From positions 124,001-188,000 of the forward strand of contig NOWV01000148.1 in assembly GCA_003344405.1 (NCBI GenBank): DNA of 64,000 nucleotides, given 5' to 3'. The notes beneath the pieces are model-generated. The model was not told where the DNA came from. It saw only the letters and a program-made list of their open reading frames with translations, and searched no databases. Both the position numbers and the translations under genes were made by a program. This document shows, piece after piece, positions 1 to 14,300 of the stretch (positions are counted from its first letter, which is position 1; every line of letters begins with the position of its first letter). This DNA comes from Trichoplax sp. H2 (Eukaryota).

Positions 1-1856
1 TGGAAAAAGCTGAGATCTAATGTAAAATCTTTGCGTAGAAGGTGTTTCAATTATTTGAATATGTATCTTTTCAATAGCTGAACTTACTATATAATAAATA
101 AAAAAATTTATAATATCTCAAGGTTTAAAACTTACTCCTAAATAAATAATAATTCTAGATCATAAAATTACTTGCTTTCAGAATAGGACCTTATGTGCAT
201 CGAACTTTTGCGTTTTTTTGCTTAATCAAATTGTTACTTGATACTATATACTAATGAATATCATTATGGTTGCTACAAACTAGAGTTGTTGTGAGGCATT
301 TTGACTAGTCAGAAGAGAATATTGAATCTATTTTTATATCCAGACAGTAAAAAATCTCATAGCAGAGACGAATTAAATTCTTTTTGTGAAATAGATTTAA
401 CTTATACCTAAGGCATCTTTCAATAATAAAAGCCAGTAGAGGGTATATGATAAATACTGTATGTTGTGATATAATGACGCAAACAGATCAAAAACTCATT
501 GTTAGTAGGTCCGTGAAAGGATATATCTTTTTTAGCCGTGAATACCAGGTGCTTATACTCTAATGATTGAATCAAGTAGAATTTTATGTCTGGATAGAAA
601 TATTTGACCGATACATTTTTAAATCTTAGGCCATTAGTAGATCTATGATATTAATAGGTCAAAGATTCAATCTTAGTCAATCCAGCAATTGTCTCATCAA
701 GTATCATAGTATTATATCAAGATTCTTCTTTCTATATAGCATTGCCTAAAAATCGTGGAACCATTTATGAAGTAGATATGCTTCAGATAATCAGCAATAA
801 TCTTATTTCCATCAGTGTCTCCTATGCCGTTATTGAGCGTTCACATTTGCAGTAGTCTGTCTAAGATTGATTTGAATTTAAAGTAGGGTAAAACATCCCT
901 TAAAAACCGCATTAGTAAAATTGAAAGAAAAGTGCTGCCTAGAAAGATTCTTATCTCTATTCCTCTCCACTAAAATAATGTATCGGTAAAAGCACCTTAT
1001 TCTTATTTTATACAATGAGTTAGGAACAAGTAATTGTAATATTGAATCTCCTTAGGCATATCTCTAATAAGGAGTGCGATACGCTACATATTTTCATTTA
1101 TGAATGATTTTATAGGAGTCTGATTTCGGAATATCATAGAATAGATGGTTGATTAATGATGTAATTATTATGCAAACTTTTTCTATATGAGTAATTAATG
1201 AAAATAATAGAGATTTATGTCGATCTATTTTGTATTAAATATCGTAATTTTATTAAGCAATTGTGCAAAGTTGATGTAACTTAAAATGATTATTACGAAC
1301 CAAATAGAATCAACTAAAAACAGTCATGTTATCAGATATTTATTAATTGATGTTCTGTACAGATTTGAAACAGAGTAGCATAAAAGCAGTTGGATTACTA
1401 TACTTATAGATCAACATGAATTATTGTAATTGTAACAAAATAACTTTTACCCCTATCTTAACTTGTTTATTTGAACGGATAAAGAATCGATTGTAAAAGT
1501 TGGATCATGAAGCTTTTATCGTCTCAAATTTTTAAGGCAAATATCAATAGTCTCCAACTAACGTAAAATAATTTTAATATTAGTTATTGTAATGCTAAAT
1601 AAGAGGTAGCCTATAAACATTATAACGTTATTGCCACAAAGTATCGATGGGGTATTTAACGGCTAAATATCGGTAAATTTAAATTTAGTAGTGCATTAAC
1701 TTCCTTCTCTATTGATCGACATTAATGTGGCTGTCGCATTCGTTTATGCTAACGTGATCGGATGGTATATAGTTTAAATAAATAAGTAAATTTAGGATAA
1801 TTTTCCTCTTTTCGTTATTGTTCTTCATTTTTGAATATTAATTAAAGGTACTAAAA

Positions 1857-3474
1857 TTATTTTATGTGCTTATTATGAAAGTAATTGGCGAATTCTTCGC
1901 GAATTTTGACCGCTTTCACAGAAGCATTACTTCCTTGCTTTTTCAACGGTTTTAGACCAGCAGGTTTATCAAACATTCGCCAATTACCTTGCAGTGGAAC
2001 TTTAAAGCCTTGATCCTTTATTACTCTATCAAATGTTCCCTTTGGTGAATAAATTTCCTTGGCTGTAGTATTTCGTCTCATGAAATTATGCAAAACAACA
2101 CACGCTAAAGCTGCTCTTTTAGCGTCTTGCATACTTAAATGAATAGGTTGCTGAAAAATTCGAAATACAGCTGCCATAATTCCAATAGTGTTTTCAATCA
2201 TTGCTCTTACCCTAACAATGTGATAATTGAATAATTTCTCTTTCATACTTAGACCACAACGCCGATGATAAGGCTTCATTAGGTGGACACTTAGCGGAAA
2301 TGCATCTTCAGCTACAACTACATATGGTACAATATTGTGTCCACCAGGCAATGGTACCTGCTGAGGAAATTGCAATCCATTTCGCGATAGATTTTGATAT
2401 AAACTACTGCCTTTAAATGCACCGCCTTCGGAAGGCTTTCCCCAATTGCCGATATCTACTGCCATAAAGTTATAATCGGCATCGATCATGGCCAAGAATA
2501 CAAAATTATCAGAATTGTTCGTATTTACACTATTAGCTTTTCCTTCAACATTAGGGTCAACAATAATATGCCTTCCACCAATTGCCCCAATACAGTGGCA
2601 AAATTTCCATTGACGATGAAATTCACTTTCTATCTCCAGCCATTCTCGATCAGTGATAGGAGTCTATAGTTTATTAAATTTATTCAATTCATTAATTAGC
2701 TAGGTAGATAGCGTTGCGGACCTTCTCGATTGATCAGATAGTCCTATGGACTTTTAGATGCTCAAGCTTTTTAGTAGATTTTAGTATCCGCGTCCTAGTA
2801 ATTATATGGTGCACTATAAGGAGGCTAATTACCTTATCTAATTCTTTATTAAATAAATAAATATCAATTTACTAGTATATGGGTACGGTAACCAAATCAA
2901 ATGTATCACTTAATTATTAGTCGATAAAAATACATAACAATAATTTTGCGGCTAATAATGATATTTATTATAATAAAATAAAACTTGTAAGCGTTACTGA
3001 GCTAAGCTAACCATCTCACTAAGCGATGTCAGCGATTTATTATCATTATCATCAATGTTTTACTACAATTACATGTTTATTTATCTTACTAACCCGAAGA
3101 TAGCAAGCCAGAACTTTAGGAATAGCCTCACAGACTTTGCTGATTATTTGATACATACTAGTTTGCGATATCTTATATTGATATCGAATACTATCATAAG
3201 TATCACCAGTGACCAAAAATCGAAGTGTTAACATAACTTGTACAGGTGGGCTGATAGCAATGCCATCTTGATTTGGATTTTCCTGCTCTAATTCAGGTGC
3301 TAACAAAGCCGATAAGTAACGAAAATCTTCAGGCGAAAGTCGCATCATATTTTGAAATGTTGTTTTGTCATCCAATAATAATTGACAGCATGACATGTAA
3401 GATTCTTCTATACGAGGGTTAGACCTACAATTGTAAATACCCGTGCACGTATCGCATTTAATAAGCAATTTCAT
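1857..3474 (-). CDS. PIF/Harbinger transposase-derived protein (HARBI1/ALP1-like, DDE_Tnp_4 fold); at least 2 exons (~3476-3094, 2663-1857), possibly further short 5' exons up to an ATG at 5417
   Basis: Spliced translation (CGG|gttagt ... actatag|ACT) gives FQNMMRLSPEDFRYLSALL...QVMLTLRFLVTGDTYDSIRYQYKISQTS (HTH), then W..IESEFHRQWKFCHCIGAIGGRHI, LAMIDADYNF, DAFPL..HLMKPY, FNY..R.RAMIENTIG and ACVVLHNF. These are typical Harbinger transposase motifs. Confidence 0.85.
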
Positions 3475-5540
3475 CCCTTACTAATAAACAAACCAAACAT
3501 TTCAATTCATTCATGCTTTTAAACATAATCGCCATGTTACGTAATCTTTGGAAAGCCTTGAAGAGGCTTACTAAATTATTTTACTATTTAACATAGATGT
3601 AGTTGAAAAATTCTTTAAATATTCTATTTCGTAGGGTTGAGCGCTGAATATATTGGATAAGAAAATTTGTATTATAATTAATTAATTTAAATTTTATTAG
3701 ATTTAGCCAAATTTAAGGTTAATCTGCTATTGGCTATTAAACGCATTACATTACAGAAATAAGCTAAAGATTATTTACGTTCATTGAGGCTGATGTCAAT
3801 ATATATATACAGTCTATTGAGCTTATAAAAGAACTCAAAATTTTCTTTCTGATGCAATAGTGCTTACAACAATATCTGATTCATTTATCTATTTATATAG
3901 AGCATTGTCGAGTATATTTTAGTTCGTTAATTAACAACGGACACTAATTTTCCTGTACGTTACTTCATATACCAAAATAACTAACTTAACGTAGACAACT
4001 CAACTCAAAAAATGCTCATATCTAAACGTAAGGTTTTACATCTTTAAAGAATTAATATGAGCGAATCTTTTGTCTTTAATTAAAGCTATACATAAGTATT
4101 TGCAAGAAAATTACAGTATAATGTTACAAATCTTAAAAGCATTATGTTAAGGAGGTAAAACAGATATAACAGATATATGAATATTAGCAGTTTAGGGTAA
4201 CAGCTAAAAAGTAATATCATAAGCTTAAATCATATCACCATGACCTACCGTAAAATGTAGGATCCCCCAAAAAAGACATATCAGGTTTTAAAATAATTGT
4301 TAGCTACGCTACTACTAAGACAATTCTAGGATCAATTTTAAAATTTACTAAATTAATTTACCCAACGTATTAAAATAAAAAAATAAAATAGCGTGTTGAA
4401 TTTACTGGTGCCGTCATTAAATGATATCAATACGTAAAATCGATTACCTGGTAGAAATGGTTGCTTGATCTACTGTTTGGCTCGATGACTCGACGTAAGA
4501 TTTATTCCTAGCTTCATCATCTACATTGTATTTGATGAAAGCATTAGGATGAGCTATTGGCTATTCTTCGATATGAACATGACAGTACTATACAAGTCTA
4601 TAGCACAGACCTAATTCAAGCTTTTTCTTAGCTTTGGTTGGCGTTTGTTGTTTTCTCTTCTTCCCTCGAATTTGACTATTTAAGATGAATAGGTATAATA
4701 GTAAGACGATTTTAATTTCATAATTGAACATGTTTCCACGAGCCAATATGAAGCTAATTAGCAAAGCATTCAAGATTAAATGGAACAGTAAAGGAAAATA
4801 ATTTTTTCAATAGGCAAGCCAGCTGAATCGACTGATGTAGGATGCTACTCTGTAATAGGATTACCTTCCATCAGTTGAACTACTATCCTGTACCGCAGAT
4901 TGCATCCTTTGGCATCGGTCTAGACACTAGTATAGTACAGAACAGGAGCATCTACACAAATTGTGTTTTATTTGTCTGGCTGTATTTGCAGGTATAATAC
5001 GCGTATACTGTACAACTGTATATCTAGTGTACAAGGGTTAACGTAGTGCTAAGATATCCATGCCTTTGCACGGCGAATCAGTATTATTTGGATCAATTTA
5101 CTTTATGTTATAATAACAAGTGGATAAACTGTGCTACAGTACTAAGCAAACTGGATGGCTTGTGAAAATACCGTGGTGAATTGATAAAAGCAGATATACA
5201 CGTCGGTACATCATCACTGAGAAGGTAAAGAAACCTAGCAAGAGTACTTCATTCTATTACACGGTGCAGTAATAAAGAGGAAAAAGCTAATTTCCCACTT
5301 TCTCCATGTGATAGTGCATGTACACAGCACAAGCTAAACGACTTCATACAGCTCCCTGTTTATGAGTTAGCATACCTCTGCAGTAACCTCCTCATCGTTA
5401 TCTCCCTTTAGCGCCATTTTAAAAGGCTTCATGTTAGTAAAGTCAAGTTATCACCTTTTCGAGACTATAAAACATAAAGATTCTGACAGATAGATACATA
5501 GGTACCATATATAATTGGCTAGAACGGACAGTAAATTAAA

Positions 5541-6292
5541 GCAAGATGATCTCCAATCAAATCGTGCAAAATCAAATCATATCAATGCAAGCATAGCTTA
5601 AAATTGCAGTCTATTCCATTTCTTTTCTTCGGGCTTTGCCAGAATGTGAATGATTCTGCTATAAAATTACTTCCTTGTATCAAATAGTGTAAAAATTACA
5701 TCCTATGAATGCGCAATGTAACTTGAAATTGTACCAAACGTGTATTCCGCGAATTTCCACGGTTTTCTCTAGAACGTGAAAGATGCTGCAGCAAGATGAG
5801 CTCCTTCTATCAAATCATGTTAATGCGAATGTAACTTAAAACTGCGCTATATTTCATTTCATTCCTACAGATTTCACTGGAACGTTAACGATTCTGCTTC
5901 AAGATGATCTCCTTCTATCAAATAGTGCAACAATCACACCATATTAATGCGATTGTAACTCAAATATGCACTATACAATATTCCCGAATTTTTCCATGGG
6001 CTTCGCTAGAACGTGAAAGATACTGCTACAAGATGGAGCTCCTTGTTTCAAATCATATTAATGCAAATGTAGCTTAAACGTGCACTCTATTCTGCCGAAT
6101 TTCTAAGGGTTTCACTAGGATATGAAAGATATTGCTGCAAGATGACCTCCTTCTATCAAATAGTGCATAAATGACATGATATTAGTGCGAATGCAACTTA
6201 AAATTACTTTGTATTCCGCCGAATTTCCACGGTTGCTAGGACATGAAAGATACCGCTGCAAGATAACCTCCTTCTATCCAAATGATGCAAAA
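5541..6292. repeat. Degenerate tandem array, ~6.3 units of ~108-130 bp
   Basis: The motif caagatga(n)ctccttctatcaaat...aatgcgaatgtaacttaaa...ctagaacgtgaaagat recurs, with units starting near 5541, 5661, 5791, 5899, 6028, 6137 and 6258. Confidence 0.9.
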
Positions 6293-6838
6293 TAATGGTC
6301 GTTAAAAGGAAAGGAAGCTAATTTACTATTTTCTGAATGTGGTAGGGAATGTGCAGTTGTCATATTTTGTACTATTGCTATATTTAGGATGAGATCACTT
6401 CTCATTACACGATAGCTTATAAGTTCTACTAATTATGAAATAGTCATACTAAGTCATTCATTTGATTTCTCATAATAATCTGTAGATACTCTAAACTTGT
6501 TTACTTGTCAACAGGGTAAGAGAAGGCTATATAAATGAGCACATCTCTTACCCTAGATATCTTTCTAGTTGGTCCCTCCGACTATGCGCTATGTGCTTTG
6601 GATTTAAACGAACGTAGTTATTTAATTTCTTGTTTACCCTGTTCTCTGAGTTTATTAACCCTTGTTGCCATGACTGCCTAGTAGCAACAGTTCATTCAAT
6701 CAGCTACAACTTTTTCTTGCGTTAACTCTTGTTCGCTTATCTCTGCCACCATCTCTTCCAAGTTGCACAGCTTGTTTTTGCAGTCCTTGATGTTGGTCAA
6801 AGTAATTCTATTGCTATTTCAAAGCAGCTATGTCTGAA

Positions 6839-6928
6839 ATATATATATATATATGTTATATATATTAAATATATATAATAATATATACATATAAATATAT
6901 ATATAATATATATATATAATATTAATAT

Positions 6929-6960
<32 letters not shown>

Positions 6961-7040
6961 ATAAATATAACCTAATATATATGTACATCATATATAATCT
7001 ATATAACATATATATGATAATATATATATATATATATAAT
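6839..7040. repeat. Imperfect (TA)n microsatellite, ~200 bp
   Basis: An almost pure alternating A/T tract is visible. Confidence 0.95.
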
Positions 7041-7667
7041 TTCTTAAATATTTCTATTGTATTCCTTCAATTTCTTCATCATCTCTTCCTAGCTGCACAG
7101 CTTGTTTTTGCAGTTCTTAATGCTGGTCCCGTTAGCGTACCTCCGTTACCATATTCATCGCCATGGTAGTTGCAACTTCAACAGTACTTTGACGCTACGT
7201 CTGTCCTTGACTACTTCTTATTACACCAGTCGTTGTTAGCATATCTTACCTAGAAGGCTCTTAAGGATATAACTCGCCATTGAAGCTTTGATATCATTTC
7301 CTCTTAGGCTAGCTAATGCTTCAGTACTGTATTGAGCGCTTGAAGTCAACTAAGCCTTTGCTCATTGCAACTCTTGTTTAACCTCTCTAAATTATCCAAT
7401 TGCATACCAATTCCTTTAGCATTAAGTAACGTTTGCGTACCTCTCCTATCATAGTATCCATACTGCCATCCAGCCGTCCTCCAAGCCATCAGTTATTCGA
7501 AGGCGAATTGGAGTGGTGAGAGGAAATCTTGCAGTTGGCAAATCCAAAAGTGCATGTTAAGGGCCTTTAGTTAGCCTTTCCAACATCGATTAAGCTATGC
7601 ATCACTAACAGACTGTGCACTGGTTATTTTATGAGATTATCACCATCAATTCATGATTGAGGAGAAG

Positions 7668-9706
7668 ATGGGTAAGCCTTATCATCGTCGAAATCGAAAT
7701 ATGAAACATCATAAAATGCAAGCAGCAACGGCAGAGGACGAGCCAAGCTATCCCGGCGAAGGTTGTATATTGAAATTGAGCTAAATGACCAATTGTGGCG
7801 ATAAATGATCTTAATTGTGCATCAATGTTATCCCTGTAGACGTCGTTGATGAAGAAGAATCAGGATGGAATAAATTCCCGTTTCCTTTAGCCATGTGGGT
7901 AAGAGCACTGCAGCGATGATCAGTTCATGCAACTTGCAAATAGCATGTCACCATCTTCTTTTCTATCGCGTTGATATTATGGTGTTGACTGCTGATGCAA
8001 TACTAACTGTTAGTCTGAATTGTCAAGATATAGATACGACTCTTTATTGAGTGTAATTATTTCAATTAAGTAACTTGTACTAGATATACTGTAAGTACAT
8101 AAGAAAAGAGACAGTGTTGAAGGCTGTGCAAACTAGGCTAGAGGAAGAGAGTGAACGATGCGTGATTGCTTAGATCTCATCTTGTTACTCGTTGGTAACA
8201 ACATATCGCTACGCTGTTGATTGAGTTGATTTAGCTGTTGTTCCCTTACTCATTGGGAACTTTTATTCCCTAACGGAATAAATTAAATATAGCCAGATCT
8301 AAAGTCTGCTTGATTATTTATGACTACATCCCAACAGTTTGGATAGACTGTTGATGTGAATTCAAATAGAATATTATCATGGATTTAGTATGCATCATAA
8401 TGGTGCAAGGAGTTGATACATTACAATTTCATGCACTCTATTTGATTGCATTACATATAGGATTTTCAACATTGTGATCCGAAGAAATGCTCTGGCAGGA
8501 AATTAATGCGATTAGGCATAGTTCGCCAACTCAAAGTTTCAACGCGTTTTAATGGGATCGTTCTTAGTCCGGATGCATCACGTTATGTTTCACCAGAAGA
8601 CGCCACTTTGATTGAAAAATTTGGTATTGCTGTCATTGACTGCTCGTGGGCCAAATTGCATGAGGTGCCTTTCACCAGGATGCGTTTTAGTAACTCTCGC
8701 CTGTTGCCATACTTATTAGCGACCAATCCGATTAACTATGGAAGACCTTGTAAGTTGTCCTGTGTTGAAGCTTTCGCAGCGACAATGTATATTGCAGGTA
8801 AACGATTAACCAACACATGTAATTGTTGACAAGGTTGGACAATAGTTTATACATGATAGTCTATTAGGAGGATGATGACTGAAGATAGCTTATATTTGGA
8901 TAGGATTTAAAGATTTTGCAGAAAGAGTACTGATGCCCTTCAAGTGGGGGAAAAACTTTATTGTTTTAAACAAGTATGTTGAATGTAATCATTGTTTATT
9001 CATCCGCTGCTAATGTTGGTAATATTGCATAAGTAACGGTAGTGGAAAGACCTAGACTTGGCTATAGCATGGAATTGAATTTTTGTCGTAATATGATAGA
9101 GAATTATTAGAACAATATGCAAAATGTAAGACAGAAAAGGAGGTAGTCAAAGTACAGGAAAATTATATCCTGCAATGCGAGCAAGAACGCCGAGAACGGA
9201 AGAGTATTGGTACGTAAATTTCTCAAAAAGGACTTACAGGGTTATTTCAGTTTCCATTCTTTATTAGTAAAGTGTCTTTTGTTGTTACTTTATCCGTAAG
9301 CAGAATTGGCTATTTATTAAAATAAATACCCTTTTAAACGACAATAGATCCAATGGATATTGACTTGGATAAAGAATTTTGCAATCCTAACAGACCTGAA
9401 TTAGGAATGCCATCAGCGAGGTAGGCAGTAGATTTACATCTTTCTCGATTGTATTCATTTTAAGGTAGCACCCATTCTGTTATAACTGTATGAATCCCTC
9501 TTTTAATCTATAGTTATGAGCAGATGTAACGATCTTAAAATTGAATTGTTTAATTGGTGAAATTATTTTTTTGACATAATCTAATTTACATCAGCTCAAG
9601 CAGCGATGAAGAGATCAATGATGTCGCTGAAAAATTTGAAGGTGTTCTAGGCGAAAATTGTAAAAATGATTTGCCTGGTGCCGAAGCATCTGTAAATGAA
9701 AGTTAA
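7668..9706 (+). CDS. TSR3: 18S rRNA aminocarboxypropyltransferase TSR3; 7 exons (7668-7761, 7840-7898, 8461-8797, 8904-8973, 9100-9209, 9348-9420, 9595-9706)
   Basis: Spliced motifs [68 protein letters not shown] and NPNR. All introns are GT-AG and phase-compatible. Confidence 0.96.
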
Positions 9707-11340
9707 TAATACATAGCATGCTCGTATGTACATGTATATATCTCAAATTAACAAATTGCTTGGCTAGGAACACATTTTATTGTTGATGTAGCATTCAAGT
9801 ATGGAATCATACTATACTGTAAATTTTTTCTACATTAATCAGTCACACAGACTTTGTATTACCATGTCATGCGTGTTTCCAAGTTGATAAATATGTATCC
9901 CTGTCAGGCTACGAAAAAAAATCACTGCTACGATGCTTCTAAAGATCTAAACTTTCAATAGTTTGTCTAAATTTATTTCAATTCTTTCATTATTTTCCTG
10001 AATGATTGATTGATCTTGCAAAGATATATCATGCGTAGGACATTCATGGTTGAGAGATGAAACTGCCAGTAACGTATTCGAGCTTTAACTAGACTAGCAA
10101 TAAAACAATATCGAAAGAAGCTATGCTATGACACTTTTATTTATAGTTTTCACGATTACAATGCTTCCTTAATAACACTACCATTCAAGTCGCATGCATA
10201 CGTCTTCGTATGACATTCCGGAAAAAGACTGTCAAAAGTGCTGCTTAATGTCAAGTCTATCAAGTCTCCTATACTTAAATTAATCATTGAAGCTTGATAC
10301 GGTTTATTTTATTAATTCCCATCAGTATACAGAACACAATGTAAATTTGTAGTATGGTCTGATTTATTATAAGATAATGAAATAAATTGATTATTGCATC
10401 ACTGCAGATGACTCAAGATACAATCCATTTTAATATTCCTGTATAATTTCAATTTATGTAATAACTGAATCAACGGAAGTCTTTCAAGCGTACAACACCA
10501 ATCATATATATTATAGTTCATAGCAACCCGTTTGATATGTTATGTTAACATTTCAATGATTAATTAGTACAGTATGATATATGCGCTAACAATCATTTTA
10601 GTCTATTACAATTTTTAGCTCTATTTGAGTCATCTTGATATAACTTTTTAAGTTACTTTAAATTACTGCATCAAATTAAGGTCAATAAATTTAAGCGGCA
10701 CTTTTGCTACTGTCAATTGGAATGGAAGGATTATAATCCAGCTGGCTTGAAATGAAAGATATTAATTATTTTATGAACATATTTAGAAGTCATTGAAACA
10801 AGAGAAGCTCGCTATCAAGGTAACCATTTCATTTTAAATTTTAGATAGATCAAGGCAATGCAATAGCCTTATATGGAGGTAGTGACCTTCCAGTCAGCGT
10901 ATTTTAAAGTGTTTGTAAAGCATTTACATAGGTCTAACCATTTCAATTTCTCTGCATAATGTATAATATCTATTACATATGTCATAAAAGGGATGGGATA
11001 TAACGTACAACTTTATGTGTTTTGGAAAGTAGTGTACAATACAGAAAATTACGGTGTTAACGCTGAGATGGTAATTTTGTAAGTGTACATTCATGCACGC
11101 TAATCGCTAATAGATGAGATACATTATCAATCGATCGTTGAGTAAAAGGCCGCCAAATTAACTGTAGACGAGGAATAAATGTACTGGAAATCTCAGTTTT
11201 CATTCTTCTTAGTGGTATTGCCAATATTGAAATTGAAATACTCGTATGTACTGCACATAATTGCAAGGAGATGCTACTTGAAAGACCATTCGGAGTGTTT
11301 ATCATTTCTTGTACCCAGAAACAGCTAGCATCCCAGCCTT

Positions 11341-14300
11341 CTAATCTATTTTCTGCTTCTTAATACTCAAAGAAGCAAAATCAGCTAGTAACTGATTGAC
11401 ATGACTCACCTACAATAAATAGATATTTCGACAAAAGCGAAAACAGTCATTTGAAAAAGTATAAATTAAAAATACGATTTTCGTACAGCATCGCGATGTA
11501 CTGTACTGTATATCTTTCTATATTGTACGCCTTTAGTGAGCAACAAATGTGCAGCATTACCTCCTTCGCTGTCGTTGAAATACTAATACGATTCGTGAGC
11601 ATTTCAAGGTCATCTATATCTTTGTCGGTTGCATCTACATTCTTGGAGCTTTTAAGATAGTGCTTGAGCAATTTAACAACCTAAATTGGCGTGAATTCGT
11701 AAAGTATTTAGTGTTGTATTCCATCAACGCAAATAACATTCTATACTCGTACCTCCGTTAATTTTGCCTTTAATCCAGTTATATCGCATGAACAGCTTTC
11801 ATCTTCATCTAATATACGTAAGTGCGATAATGCCAAATGTAGTGGTGTTATACCGTTAAAATCTGTAGCATCCACGCTAGTTCCTGGAATGACATAGCAA
11901 AAGCATAAGACTGATCGTTTTCTTAGAACTACAGTAAAAATAGGTTTCATCAACTTTAGTATTTCATCGATAAAATTTGACCACGAACCTGCGCCCATCA
12001 ATGTAGTCAGAACTTCAATATTACTAGAGCAGGCAGCTGAAATTAACAATAGTGAGTTGTCTACTGTTCTCTTACATTAGTTATCGAAAGTATTTGACTT
12101 TAACAATTCCAATGGAGTGTATGATTTACCTAAATGTAAAGGTGTATTTCCGTTGCAATCACGTTGATGGACATCTGCCCCATTTTCGATTAATACCTTG
12201 ACTGTAAATTTCATTTACTGTTAATGTAAGTATAGCACACACCGTACGATAGCAGCTTAAGTATAAAATTGAACAATATCTATTTGATAATGTCGTAAAG
12301 TTATTAATACTCGTACTTTGTACTGTTTCAATCAATAATGTAATTTTAAAATGTAACAAGATGATGAGAGCCCCAAATTGGAGTCTATGAGAAACAATTT
12401 GATCACGAATAACGTATACAGAGTAGTAGTATGGAAGTGATAGCTTTTCAATTTAGCAAACTTGAGTAACAAGAGTAATTAAGTGAACAGATAGCTACGA
12501 TCTACAAGCTACTACTATAATAACACTTCCTCATATTTATATTACATCAATTTCATCAGCTACATGGTATAAACACAAGCATATTCCACCGCAAAGTTAG
12601 GATAAGACGATACCAATAGGATAGATTGGTTGCAATAGTCTTACCAATGCCATTATGGCCTAAATTGGCAGCGACGTGGAGGGCAGTTCTGCGTTTATCA
12701 TCAGCCGCTCTCACATTAACACCACGATGAATGAGTTGACAAACTACAGTCAAAGACAGACATATCAAGCAATATTTTAAGCAACTTCGGCTGAAAAGAC
12801 GTTGGATATACTGCAGTATAATCCAAAGTGACTATTGCTAATTGTACAATTACTTATAGATGGTTATTTACGGTAGGTTATTGCATTCCCTAATTTTAAT
12901 TTACTCTAAACTGAACTACAGAACAACTATTCTAGTCTAAGTTGCCCGAGTTTTAACCGCATCATCACTATCTTTACATTGATTTCTATTTCATCGATGA
13001 TACGATTCAATAACGATGCAATCACTTTACCTAGTTGAATATTTCCTTCAGTTGCAGCTCGTATTAGCCTTCTTTCCACTGTCAAAGTAAAAATGAATTC
13101 ATCCGATCATCTCTACAATATTGACAACATGTCGTTCAACAATTACTCCAGCAGATGGCTCTTTTATAGCCAATTTGAAATTATCTGCAGTAGTAATGGT
13201 AATGTACTGAAAGCTTTGATACTGATTTTGCAGTCATTTTACATCTGCTATACGAGTATGCTCTTAACTCTGTTCTCTATGACTACATGGGTATCGCTGA
13301 TTAGGCTGCTATTGACAATTTCGACTATTTGTATACGTAGAATAGCAGTCATGATCCATGATCATGACGCCTTTTACTGAATAAAATGATGGTAAGTGGT
13401 ACTGATTGCTAAGGTACGAGCTAGACTAAAGCGATATAAACTATCTACTGCACTTTCTATCAATGCTTTTATCTTGACGAGGAATCCTAGTTGTCGCAGA
13501 TTAGGCTGTTATTGACAATTTTGACTATTTGTACTCGTAGAATAGCGTTGATGATACAAGTTCTCGACGTCTTCTACTCGATAAATAGATGTTATATTGT
13601 ACTGAAAGTAAGGGTACAAACTACACCAAAGCTTTACAAAATGTCTACGCCATTTCAATCAAGATTTTGATATAGACGAAGAATGATGGGTGTTGACGAT
13701 CAGGACGTTATTGACAATTTTGACAACTGCATTTGTACTCAACATGTAGAATAGCATTCATGATACAAGTTCTTGACGCCTTTTGCTATGTCGTACTGAT
13801 ACAAACTGTCTACGTCACGTTCTATCAATAATTTGATATCGATGAGGAATGATGGGCTATTGTTGATTAAGACATTATTGACAATTTTGACTATTGGTAC
13901 ACGTAGAATAGTGTGATGCATGATACTACTAGCTCTTGACCCTTTTGCTATGTCCAACAGATACAATTGTATGTTCCACTTTCTATCCCTACTTTGATAT
14001 AGACGAGGAATGATGGATATCACTGATTAGGACATTATGGACAATTTTTGACTATTTGTATTCGTAGAATAGCATTCCTGATACAAACTCTTGACGCCTT
14101 CTACTAGATAAACGGATGCTATGTCGTCCTCCACTTCCTATCAATACTTTAATATAGACGAGAAATGATGGGTATTGCTGATTAGGACGCGTTATTGACA
14201 ATTTTGACTACTTGTACTCGTAGAATGGCGTTTCAGTCATGATACAAGTGCTTGACATCTTTTACTGGATAAACGAATGCTATATGGTCCTGCTACAAAC

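Noticed and set aside
1857-3474. Active Harbinger transposon
   Set aside because: The catalytic Asp residues are altered, and no TIR/TSD or partner ORF was seen.
5059-5074. CCATGCctttGCACGG hairpin as another Helitron end
   Set aside because: The stem is imperfect and there is no CTRR at the expected distance.
6797-7169. ORFs 6797-7009 and 6981-7169
   Set aside because: These are Tyr/Ile-rich artefacts of the (TA)n tract.
11057-11305. 82-aa ORF downstream of the ANKRD54 stop
   Set aside because: It lies in the expected 3' UTR and shows no recognisable homology.
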